A stretch of 64,000 nucleotides of DNA from positions 4,452 to 68,451 of the forward strand of contig CAOMRW010000002.1 in NCBI GenBank assembly GCA_948485625.1, written 5' to 3'. A program made the translations under genes and the position numbers. The notes under the pieces are model-generated. The model was not told the origin of the DNA, ran no database searches, and was given only the letters and a program-made list of their open reading frames with translations. Every line of letters starts with the position of its first letter. Position 1 is the stretch's first letter. Source of the DNA: an uncultured Clostridia bacterium. Its GTDB lineage: Bacteria > Bacillota > Clostridia > TANB77 > CAG-508. This document shows positions 29,501 through 39,230 of the stretch, one piece after another.

Positions 29501-30601
29501 TTATTCCAAAGCATCAAAACCAATTTCAATTGCTTTTTCTATTATATCTTTCTCATCATCAGACCACTCTTCATTTTTTAGCTTTTGTAACATCTCTTTA
29601 GCAAATAATCCTTTCAAAGTATTTTCATTTGCTAATTTATTTAAATCATAATTTATTTTCGTCTTATCTTTAATTTTTATTATACTATCATTAGAAATCA
29701 ACTTATATAATTCATATCTATTAATTTCAAAGTTTCTTTTTCCTACTAAAATAATCTCTATAAAGCAATCATCACTAAATTCTAGTTCATTAATTGCTTC
29801 TATTAACTCCTCTTTTGAAACAAAAGGTGTGACATCAACATCTTTTAATTTGAATTGTGTCTCATCTAATGGAATAAATTCTAAATCTATATTTGTTTTT
29901 TCTGTATTTCCTTTTTCTAAATTTCCTACTATCATTCCATGTTTGCCAAGTTCATCAAATCCTAAAGAAACTAATGAACCTGGATACACTATATTTTGAT
30001 TTTCTTCTTGATTGTAATCTAATTTATGAATATGACCTAAAGCAATATAATCAAAACCTTTTTCTTTTAACATTTTTCTAGATAAAGGATTATATTGTTT
30101 TTCTTCTGTTGTGCTTGCATCTAATGAACCATGAATTAATAAAACATTTAATTTACTTTTATCATCGATAATAACATTTTCTATATCACTACCTTCACAA
30201 TAAAATTCATCAAAACCATGTCCATATACATTTATATCTTTTAATTCGACTTTTTCTATTTCTGACTTAAAAATCTTAACATTATCATTCCACATAAATT
30301 TATTATAATAAGAATTCTTTATATATGGATCATGATTACCTGGAGCAATAAAAACTTTTGTATTTGGAATCTCCTTAAACAAATTATTTATATAATCAAT
30401 TGTTGATCTCTTCACATATTTTTGTTCATACAAATCTCCAGAAATAAATAAATATTCTATATCATTCTCTTTTATATATTCAATTACCTTTTTAAAAACC
30501 TTTCTCTGCTCTAATCTTCTTAAATCTCCTAGACTATCTTTATCAGAAAGATTAACAAAAGGACTATCAAAATGCATATCTGCTATATGTACAAACTTCA
30601 T
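29501..30601 (-). CDS. yhaO: SbcD-family metallophosphoesterase (YhaO-like DNA repair exonuclease)
   Basis: Calcineurin-like motifs HIADMHFD, GDLYE, GNHD, GHIH. Start MKFVHIADMHF at 30601 behind GGAGG. Confidence 0.8.
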   Translation of the reverse strand: MKFVHIADMHFDSPFVNLSDKDSLGDLRRLEQRKVFKKVIEYIKENDIEYLFISGDLYEQKYVKRSTIDYINNLFKEIPNTKVFIAPGNHDPYIKNSYYNKFMWNDNVKIFKSEIEKVELKDINVYGHGFDEFYCEGSDIENVIIDDKSKLNVLLIHGSLDASTTEEKQYNPLSRKMLKEKGFDYIALGHIHKLDYNQEENQNIVYPGSLVSLGFDELGKHGMIVGNLEKGNTEKTNIDLEFIPLDETQFKLKDVDVTPFVSKEELIEAINELEFSDDCFIEIILVGKRNFEINRYELYKLISNDSIIKIKDKTKINYDLNKLANENTLKGLFAKEMLQKLKNEEWSDDEKDIIEKAIEIGFDALE

Positions 30602-30698
30602 AATTTCCTCCATATTTTTATTTGACTTTTAATAAAAAACTGTGTATAATAAATATAGAAAACAAAACACAGAAATGTGTTGTTACATAAATCTTGTT

Positions 30699-30746
30699 AA
30701 TACACTACATTGCCTGCCAAAGCTAAATGTAGTGTATTTTTATTTA
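30699..30746 (+). terminator. intrinsic terminator-like hairpin
   Basis: aatacactacatt-gcctgccaaagct-aaatgtagtgtatt 13-bp stem, followed by ttttatttatt. Confidence 0.45.
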
Positions 30747-30757
30747 TTCCTTATTAG

Positions 30758-30847
30758 TTAAAAGTATGTAACAACTGTTAATACGGCTACGTTTATAGTT
30801 AGTGATATCATAAATCCTATAATTAAAGATAGTAAAAAATCCACCAT
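30758..30847 (-). CDS. candidate 29-aa hydrophobic peptide (MVDFLLSLIIGFMISLTINVAVLTVVTYF)
   Basis: ATG 30847 with GTGAGGTGG RBS 5 nt upstream. Single predicted TM helix. Below the ORF-track size cutoff. Confidence 0.25.
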   Translation of the reverse strand: MVDFLLSLIIGFMISLTINVAVLTVVTYF

Positions 30848-31113
30848 AAACACCACCTCACTTTCTCATAGTAAAACTATGAAGTTTAGTGGCAACTCTC
30901 ACATCTGCTTTTATCTCATTTCCTATAACAAACACTATACATTATATTTTTCCAAAAAACAAGCGAACACAACAATTTTTACAAAATTCATATCACAACC
31001 AAACAATCTATTCCCCAACATTACTACACACTACCAAAACAACACACTCTAAAGTGGAGTAGTTGAAAAAATAATTTTATTGATATATTAACTTTTTCAA
31101 CGGCCCATTTAAA

Positions 31114-31148
31114 TCAAAAAAGAAGATGCTTTCTACAAAACATCTTCC
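31114..31148 (-). terminator. intrinsic terminator after the T4CP gene
   Basis: gaagatg-ctttctacaaaa-catcttc followed by tttttt on the minus strand. Confidence 0.55.
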
Positions 31149-31154
31149 CTAAAT

Positions 31155-33234
31155 CTAATTCTCATCCAAAGGCCCAAACAATTCATCAAACTTAGCCTCT
31201 AACTCTTTTTGTAAATCATAAGAATCCTCTTCTTCTTGCTGTGGAAGTACTGGAGCATCATCTTCAAAATTTAAATCTAATATATTATCTACTGCCTTTT
31301 CTTCTTTTAAAGTTTTATCTTCAATACCTACTTTAGCTGTCACTTTATCTTCTACTTTTTCATTAATATTATCTTGTTTTTTCTCTTTGTTATTATCTTT
31401 TTTATCATCCTTATCAATGTCTTCAAATAAATCATCTAAAGACTCAATATCTAAATTATCTACTGCTTTTTCTCCTTTATCCTCAACAAAAGGATTATAA
31501 GGATTATATTTTCTCCAAGGTCCTCTATCAATTTCTCCTATGTCATTATGGCTAATCTCATATCTAGCAAGTTCTTTAACCATTGGATGTTTAAAATAAT
31601 AAAACTTATTTGCTTTAACAGGTTTAATACCTTTTTCATAAATAATACATAAGTCATTGTCCATTCTTCTCAATTCATCTGGAGTCATAAGAGCTCTAGC
31701 CATTACTTGATCTGACTTATTATATCCTTGTCTCCACATATGTTTATCTTTACTTACAGACCAATTATCTCTAGATATTGTCTTTTCTCCTAAGGCTTTT
31801 GAAAAGTACTCTACTGTTTTAAATGAGTTACTTCCTAAAAATACATGTGTATCACAGTTACCCATTATAGTTTCATAAGATTTCTCATAAACAGCTTCTA
31901 ATTGATCAATATTTTGTAAAATAACACTAAAAGATATTCCTCTACTTCTTGAAGTAGAAATCTTTTTATCGAAATCTGGTATTTTACCAATATTAGCAAA
32001 CTCATCTAATATAAAATATGTTCTTTCTTTTAATGCTCCACCATTTTTATCTGCAAAATCATATAATTGTTGTATCATTTGTGAAAAGAATATAGTAAGT
32101 AAAAAGTCATATGCTGTATGCGTATCAGACGAAATTACATATACTGCTGTTTTTTTGCTTCCTATTTCCTCAAAATTTATTGTATCAGTTGATGTCAATT
32201 CTGCAATTTCCTTTGAATCAAATTTACCAAGCTTTGATTGCAAAGAACTTAATATTGAGCCATATGTCTTCTCTGGAGCTATTTCAATTGATTTATAATA
32301 CATTCTTGCTGGATGGTCATATGGTAATTGATTTATCAAATCTGAAAGTAAGTTACTACCTCCATTTTTATTCGCAGCTCTTACAAGTTCTGCACAACTT
32401 GCCAAGTTCTGTTCTTCTTCTGGTCTTGTTGCTATTAAATAATAAATTAAAGCTTTTAATAACATTTCTGCCATATCATCCCAATATGGGTCTGAACCAC
32501 TCTCAGTCTTTTGTCCTTTTACAACTGTATTTGCAATAACATCTACATCCAATTCAGATGAAATATGCATTAATGGATTGTATCCATCACTATATTGTGG
32601 TCTAACTAAATTTAAAACTTTTATTTCATAGCCATGTTCTTTCAAATATCCTGCAGTTCTATCGTAAAGTTCACCCTTTGGATCTGTAAATATATAAGAA
32701 CCTAAACATTGATATGCATTAGGAATTGAATATGATGCAGATTTACCAGAACCTGAACCGTCCAACTACTAATACATTTACATTTCCTCTTTTATCAAGT
32801 GGTAAATAATTGTCCTCTGCTAAAATAATACCTTTATTTTTACTTAATATTTGATATTGCTCTCCTCTTTGACTCCAATCACTTGAACCATGCTCTATAT
32901 CTGTAAATTGATTTTTAGGAGCTGATTTCGCAAATCCTATAAAAAATACTACTAAATAAACTATTGTAAATCCTAGTAAAAATGATATAAAATCATGTGT
33001 TACTCCATTTGTAAATATTCCAGCAAAAGTCCCAAATGGATTTGACATATTAGAAACTATTTTTTCCATAAATATTTCTAAAGAAATCCCTCCATCTACC
33101 TTTGCCTGAAATGTAGTATATGAAAATGGCGCAACAAATACTATGACTAATAATAGCCATAGTATTGAACATATTATAAAACTTTTTTTATTTTTTCTTA
33201 TTGCACCCTCTATTTTGTAGTTCATATATTTCAC
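31155..33234 (-). pseudogene. type IV secretion coupling protein (VirD4/TraG/TraD family), interrupted by a frameshift near 32745..32765
   Basis: ORF 32743..33234 holds the N-terminal TM helices plus HGSSDWS and ...NVNVLVVG. ORF 31155..32765 begins in another frame with SGSGKSASYSIPN...IFTDPKGEL. Together they rebuild the Walker A (VLVVG|SGSGKS) of a single T4CP of about 690 aa. Confidence 0.7.
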
Positions 33235-33250
33235 CTTCTCTTTTGTTATA

Positions 33251-33583
33251 TTATCTATCTTCTACAGATAATTCTTGACTATCTTCTTTTTGTTCTCTAA
33301 TTCTAGCTAATTGCATTTCTCTATCTTTTTTATTTATTCTTATATTAGTCCTTTGGCCACTTGTAAGTTCCCTATAACCATCTAAACTAACCTCATGAGT
33401 TTCTACACTAGCATCAATAGTTGGCATTAAAGTATCAACTACATCTATAGTTGCACTTGCAGTAGTTTTAGTAGCATCTCCATTTCTTTGTCCTTTTTCT
33501 AATGTATTATCAAGAGCTGCCATTGCCATAAATGAAATTACTGTTCTAGCTCCTTCTACGTTTTCTATTGGACTTCTATTCAT
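33251..33583 (-). CDS. hypothetical protein (mobile-element remnant)
   Basis: ORF only. Tightly spaced with flanking minus-strand genes. Confidence 0.4.
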   Translation of the reverse strand: MNRSPIENVEGARTVISFMAMAALDNTLEKGQRNGDATKTTASATIDVVDTLMPTIDASVETHEVSLDGYRELTSGQRTNIRINKKDREMQLARIREQKEDSQELSVEDR

Positions 33584-33595
33584 TTAACTTCCTCC

Positions 33596-34117
33596 TTAAT
33601 ATTCTTTCTTGTCTCTGATTTCAAAGGCAAAATAAGATTTATATGGTTTTAACTTACATTTACCCCTTACTTCATTTGTTCTTTCATCAAAATAAAGTAT
33701 TGGTTTTAATTCTTCTGTAGTTTCTGGATCTATTATACAAATAGGTCTTTTTAAATTCGGTGTATATTTAAAATCTTTTACTTCTTTTTCTTCTTCTGAA
33801 TATATGCTATCAAATTTAAGTGGCATTGGTTTTTTGCTTATTGAAATTTTATCATCAACCATTACTGCTGTATTGACAACTACTCTTTCATTTGCAAAAG
33901 ATAATATTAATAATTCATCTTCTTGTGTTGGGAAGTCTACATAAAATGTTTTTCTTTTCATATTTCCCCTAATCTCTTCTGTATAATCTAATCTATCAAC
34001 TGTATATTTTGGATATTCCTTTAAATATTCTTTTGGCGTTTTATTTATTTGATATATAACTGTATTTACTCCTTCTGGATCAGTTATACTAAAATGTTTT
34101 CCTTGCCACGTTTCCAT
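33596..34117 (-). CDS. hypothetical protein (mobile-element remnant)
   Basis: ORF only. No recognisable domain. Confidence 0.4.
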   Translation of the reverse strand: METWQGKHFSITDPEGVNTVIYQINKTPKEYLKEYPKYTVDRLDYTEEIRGNMKRKTFYVDFPTQEDELLILSFANERVVVNTAVMVDDKISISKKPMPLKFDSIYSEEEKEVKDFKYTPNLKRPICIIDPETTEELKPILYFDERTNEVRGKCKLKPYKSYFAFEIRDKKEY

Positions 34118-34439
34118 AATTTACACCTCACTTCTATGTTTCAGTCCATAGTTCGTCTTTTGTTTCATCACTATTTATAATTATAGCCAATTTCTAGGGA
34201 TTTGTCAACACTTTTATGTAAATTTGAGTAATAAATAAAAATCGCTATTTAAAATATGTAGTAATAGAAAAGTTATTAATTCTTCCTCACTAGTTTTTGG
34301 AGAAATTTTTATATATTTTTTATATATTAACTCTGGAATGTCTTTTTTTAGGTAACTCATACAAATCACTTGCATAAAATAAAAGTATATGCTATAATAT
34401 TTATATCAAGCAAATAGTAAAATTTAGGAACAAAACAAT

Positions 34440-34476
34440 AAAAACCCTCGTAGCTGCTACTACGAGGGGTTTTGCT
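34440..34476. terminator. bidirectional intrinsic terminator
   Basis: aaaaa-ccctcgtag-ctgcta-ctacgaggg-gtttt: 9-bp GC-rich stem with an A-run on one side and a T-run on the other. Confidence 0.75.
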
Positions 34477-34567
34477 ATTTATGTAATTTTTCAATTATCT
34501 CTATTGCTAGAATAACTACATCAACTACAACAGCAAATATCTTTAGTATAATTTTTGCTAGGAACAT
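34475..34567 (-). CDS. candidate 30-aa hydrophobic peptide (MFLAKIILKIFAVVVDVVILAIEIIEKLHK), type-I-toxin-like
   Basis: ATG 34567 with GGAGGC RBS (34576..34581). Single TM helix with a charged C-terminus. Stop at 34475 abuts the terminator hairpin. Confidence 0.3.
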   Translation of the reverse strand: MFLAKIILKIFAVVVDVVILAIEIIEKLHK

Positions 34568-34691
34568 TATGTTTTGCCTCCTTTCTTCAAGATTTCCTTG
34601 AAATAAGGATAGGCTTATTATATATCAAAGCACATACATTGTCTATAACTTTTTATAATTCATTAATAAATATTAACTAATAGTGTTTTAA

Positions 34692-35561
34692 TTACTCTCC
34701 CCTTGGATTAAAACTTGACATTTCCTTTAATTTTTCAAACATCTCTTGTTCATCCAATTCCAAGTTTTTAGGAACCATTATCTTAACATCTGCTATTAAA
34801 TCTCCTCTACCACCTTTTCCATCTTTATAACCTTTATTAGGTATTTTTACTTTTTCACCGCTCTGTATTCCTTGTGGTATATAAACTTTAGTTTCACCAT
34901 CAATAGTTTTTATATTAACTCTTGTTCCTAAAGCAGCCTCCCATGGTGTAAGTTTCAAATCTGTACATAAATCACATCCAAATAATTTAAATACTCTATT
35001 ATTTTCTATATCTATTTTTATAAATAAATCTCCATTTTTTCCACCATTACTTCCAGCTTTCCCTTGTCCAATTAATCTTATTTTTTCTCCATTTCTAATA
35101 CCCTCTGGAATCTTTACTGAAAATGTTTTCATTTTTCCTTCTACAGTTCTTAAAGAAATTTTCTTTTCTAGACCATAAAAAGCATCTTCCAAACTTACCT
35201 TTATCTCTGTTTCTACATTTTCTCCTTTTATCGGGTTTTTTTGTTTTTTTACTTTATCTCTATCTATATTTTCTACATTTCCTAAAAACATATCAAAAAT
35301 ATTTCTTCCTTTAATATTTTGATAGTTCTTTACATTATTTTTTGAATTCCAAATCCTATCATATTTTCTTTTAGAAGCTGGAACAGATAAAGTTCTATAT
35401 GCTTCATTTATATCTTTTATTCTTTCTTCTGCTAATAAATCTCCAACATTTAAGTCTGGATGATATTTTTTAGCTGCTAATCTATATGCACTTTTTATTT
35501 CATCAATTGAAACTCTACTAGTCTCTAATCCCAACAATTTATAATAATCTTTATATTTCAT
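34692..35561 (-). CDS. J-domain protein, DnaJ/CbpA-like without zinc finger
   Basis: J domain DYYKLLGL...KYHPD. DnaJ C-terminal beta-sandwich domains. No CxxCxGxG repeats. Confidence 0.8.
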   Translation of the reverse strand: MKYKDYYKLLGLETSRVSIDEIKSAYRLAAKKYHPDLNVGDLLAEERIKDINEAYRTLSVPASKRKYDRIWNSKNNVKNYQNIKGRNIFDMFLGNVENIDRDKVKKQKNPIKGENVETEIKVSLEDAFYGLEKKISLRTVEGKMKTFSVKIPEGIRNGEKIRLIGQGKAGSNGGKNGDLFIKIDIENNRVFKLFGCDLCTDLKLTPWEAALGTRVNIKTIDGETKVYIPQGIQSGEKVKIPNKGYKDGKGGRGDLIADVKIMVPKNLELDEQEMFEKLKEMSSFNPRGE

Positions 35562-35638
35562 TTAACATCCTCCCAAAATTAGGTAGATATATTATATCAC
35601 AAAATAGAAAAAAATCCATACGTTTTATGGATTTTTTA

Positions 35639-37379
35639 TTAAAATGTTTCCATTTTTACTTGTTTTCCATTAAAGCAAAATACCATTTTTGTAATATTAG
35701 AAAATCCTCTCTCTTTCAGATTTTCTTCATATTTTTTATTATCAATTTGTTTTTTAGCATTCTCTATTGTTTTTTCTAATGTTTCTTCTTTTTCATCTTC
35801 TAAAACCTTAAACTCTATAATAAAACTATTTGCATTTTTATCTTTTGGCTCTAGCATTATATCATATCTTCCATACCCTGATTCTCTATTTGAATTCACA
35901 TAGTATGTATCCCTTAATCCAACTAACATCCCTAGTACAAATGCATGATAAAAATTCTCTGCTGTGTTTTCTCCTACATCCATATAACTAAACATTTCTC
36001 TTACTAGTACTTTGAATTTTTTTTCAAACTCTTCAAGATTTAATGTTACTAAATCATTTAATATACTTTTTAAATTATTTCCTACTACTTTATCATTAAA
36101 CCAATTTCTTATTATTCCTCTAAATAATTCTTTTATCTCTTTGTTTGGTATTTTTACTTTATATAGCCCCTCTGAAATATCTATTGTTTCTACTACCTTT
36201 AAATAGCCTGTCCCTAGTAATAATCCCCATATATTATTTTCATTTTTTTCTATTCCAACTATTACTGTTTCTTGATCTAAATATACCTCAATTGCTTCAT
36301 CATTTAATAATCTTTCTATTTTTTCTTTCAATATCAAAGAATTTTCCAATATTATTTTTATTAAATCATTTGAACTTGTATTCACCCAATATGGAATCAA
36401 CTCTCTTCTTTTTAAATAGTTTAATATGCTCCATGGATTATAAATTCCATTTGTATTACCTATTCTATAACCATCATACCATCTTTTTATTTCCTCTTTA
36501 TCATCTTGAATTTGGAAGTCCTCTACAACTTTATCCATTTCTTTTTCTGTAATTCCAAAATCATTACTAAACTCATCATTTAAAACTGTATATACATCAA
36601 AATTATTTGCTCCGACTAAATATACTCTCTTTTGCGACTCTACTTACACCTGTTATTACTGTTTTCTCTAAATATGGGTTATCTTTGAATGTTGTCCCAA
36701 AAAATGTCTTAAAAAATTTTATAGATTCATCATAATATCCTTCTACATAAAAATTTTGCAATGGTACATCATATTCATCCAGAAATAGCATTACTGGTCT
36801 ATTATAGTATCTATTTAAATATTTTGAAAGTTGTTTTACACTATTTTTCAATACATTTTCATCTGCTCTAAACCATAATATATCATTTATCTGTTCCTTT
36901 TCTTCAGGATATATTATATCACTATCTAATAAATATCTATGTTCTTGATACATATCTGATATTGCAGATTTTAAATTTAATAGCATTTTTTCATAAGTAG
37001 TATCATTTACATCCTTTAATGTCATATATATACATGGATATGCTCCTAATTTAGATATATATTTTTCTTCTTGTTCTAATATTTTTAACCCATTGAATAA
37101 TTCTCTATTATCTTTTTGTGAACAATCAAAATAATATCTTAGCATACTCATATTTAATGTCTTACCAAATCTTCGTGGTCTTGTTACTAAAATTACACTA
37201 GATTGATTATCTATAATATCTTTAATATATAAAGATTTATCTATAAAATAATTATCTCTCGTTCTTAACATTTTAAAATCACTAACTCCGATTCCAATTC
37301 CCTGCATTTTAACACCTTCCTTTTCTAGTATTTCTCTATATTTTAGATTTATTCTACTATAAAAAAATATAAATTTCAA
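35639..37379 (-). pseudogene. AAA-ATPase-like (PF09820) + PD-(D/E)XK nuclease (DUF1703) protein, split by a +1 frameshift plus stop at about 36540..36605
   Basis: Upstream ORF 36603..37379 carries GIGVSDFKMLRTRDNYFIDKS...RPRRFGKTL. Downstream ORF 35639..36538 carries the PDDEXK_9 core GYGRYDIMLEPKDKNANSFIIEFKV. The sequence between them (FDVYTVLNDEFSNDFGITEKE) continues the protein in the +1 frame, across an aaataatttt run. Confidence 0.65.
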
Positions 37380-37683
37380 CAGTTTTGAAAATTTATTTAA
37401 ACTTTTAAATAAACATTGACAAATACAACAATATTTATTTAAATTATATAAGATAGTGAAACATATATAATTTCAGATAATTTTTCCTGTGTTAAGTTTG
37501 TTTCTTTTTAACTTAATTCTTTCTCCAATTTCTATATAATTTAATTCGTACATAAAAACCCTTATTATTATAATATTTTATAGTGAAAGAAAAATAAACA
37601 AAATCACCTTAACGTATTGAAGTTCATTTATAAGTGTACTAAAATATTTTTAACTTAAAGCAAAAGAAGAGGAAAAAATAATT

Positions 37684-38808
37684 ATGAAGAAAAATAGAAA
37701 TAAAGGAATAACATTAATAGCATTAGTTATAACGATAATAATTCTGTTAGTCTTAGCAGGAATATCAATAGCAAGTCTAATAGGAAGTGGAGTATTTGAA
37801 AGAGCAAAAGAATCAAAAGAAAAATCAGAACAAGCACAAATAAAAGAAGAAATAGAAATGGTGATAATGGACATACAAGTAGAAGAAATATCAAAGGGAA
37901 ACAATGTAACATTAGAATTGCTAGAAAAAGTGTTACCAAATAAATTAAAAGACATTGAAACTGAATTAAGTAATGAAAAAATAGATGGAACATATAAAGG
38001 CTACATCTATACAATAGATAAAAATTTAAAGGTAACAATAAATAACCAAATGACTGAAGAAGAAGAAAAAAGACTTTCAATAAAAGCTAGTTATACTTTT
38101 TTAAAATTACCAACAAATGAAAATGATATGAATGCTAAAATTAACTTAAAAATAAATAGTAAAAATTTAATAACTAATATTACATATCCAGATGGAACTT
38201 CATTTGAAAACAATGATGAAAGACAAGAAATAGAGCAGGAATTAAATGTTACTTTAAATACAGAATATATAATAAAATGTACATTAAGTGATAACAGTAT
38301 TGTAAATAAAAAAATAACTATACCTATAAGTGAACTCCTTATTACAAAAATGATAAATAATACAACAAATGACAAATCAGAAACAATTGCTAACATAACA
38401 TCTGATACATATTTCAGTCAAGAATATTTACCTTATTATGCATTTGACCGAAATATTACTACTTCTTGGTGTACTGAAGCTAATGCAGTATTTCCGCAAA
38501 ATTTGTATTATGAATTTACAGATGGTAAAAAAAGGAAAGTAGAAAATGTGCAATTTACAACAGATTTTATTGCACATCATAATGCATATGATGTACAAGT
38601 ATATGGAACTAACGATGATATAAATTGGTTCCCAATAATTGAAAGAACGACATTACCATTAAAATATGGGGAAAATTATACTGTATTAAATGGACTTTCT
38701 AACGAATCATTTAAAAAATTCAAATTTACCTGTTATAACTATTCTTTTAGTGTATATGCTGATGCAGCTATTTGGGATGTTCAAATGTATGGAAAAGTAG
38801 TAAATTAA
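37684..38808 (+). CDS. membrane-anchored extracellular protein: pilin-like N-terminal signal anchor + C-terminal discoidin (F5/8 type C)-like domain
   Basis: N-terminus MKKNRNKGITLIALVITIIILLVLAGISIASLIGSGVFERAKESKEKS is nearly identical to those of the 8593..9903 and 41911..42996 genes. C-terminus YYAFDRNITTSWCTE...YDVQVYGTNDD...AIWDVQMYG is discoidin-like. Confidence 0.7.
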   Translation: MKKNRNKGITLIALVITIIILLVLAGISIASLIGSGVFERAKESKEKSEQAQIKEEIEMVIMDIQVEEISKGNNVTLELLEKVLPNKLKDIETELSNEKIDGTYKGYIYTIDKNLKVTINNQMTEEEEKRLSIKASYTFLKLPTNENDMNAKINLKINSKNLITNITYPDGTSFENNDERQEIEQELNVTLNTEYIIKCTLSDNSIVNKKITIPISELLITKMINNTTNDKSETIANITSDTYFSQEYLPYYAFDRNITTSWCTEANAVFPQNLYYEFTDGKKRKVENVQFTTDFIAHHNAYDVQVYGTNDDINWFPIIERTTLPLKYGENYTVLNGLSNESFKKFKFTCYNYSFSVYADAAIWDVQMYGKVVN

Positions 38809-38828
38809 AAAACTGAAAAACAAAAAAA

Positions 38829-38870
38829 TTCCTTAAAATACATTTATGTTATTTTTAAGGAATCTTTTTG
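38829..38870 (+). terminator. intrinsic terminator after the 37684 gene
   Basis: ttccttaaaa-tacatttatgttat-ttttaaggaa followed by tcttttt. Confidence 0.6.
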
Positions 38871-39230
38871 TTTAAGAATATACGAAAATATTTAAATGAT
38901 ATCTTTTTTCAATATATTTTTCTTTCTTCCATGCTTGAAATTATAACTTCATCTTTTTTCTTCCGATAATCTCTAAAAAAGTATTTTTCACTTTATTTAT
39001 TGATACTTGATTTAATTTCTGACTTAACAACTCTAATTTTTCTCTCTTCCATACTCCTCTAATACAAAGTAATACTTTAATGCAAAATAGCTTGTACATA
39101 TTTTATTAAAGTATTACTTTGGAATCAAACTATTAATCCCATAGTAATACTCTTATTCATTAATCATAAATTTTGCATTTTATAATAAAACTTACTATTT
39201 TCTTCTATTATTCATTTATTAATCAAAAAT

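Noticed and set aside
32111-32539. 142-aa plus-strand ORF inside the T4CP pseudogene
   Set aside because: Antisense to a recognisable VirD4/TraG reading frame, with no RBS and Leu-rich composition.
37650-38396. Minus-strand ORFs 37650..37955, 37727..38080 and 38091..38396 overlapping the pilin-like/discoidin gene
   Set aside because: Hydrophobic, low-complexity translations antisense to a well-supported plus-strand gene that has an RBS and a terminator.
39066-39120. 14-bp stem aaagtaatacttta...taaagtattacttt downstream of ddl
   Set aside because: AT-only stem without a T-tract. Plausibly a weak terminator or fortuitous palindrome in AT-rich DNA. No coding or known RNA-family signature.
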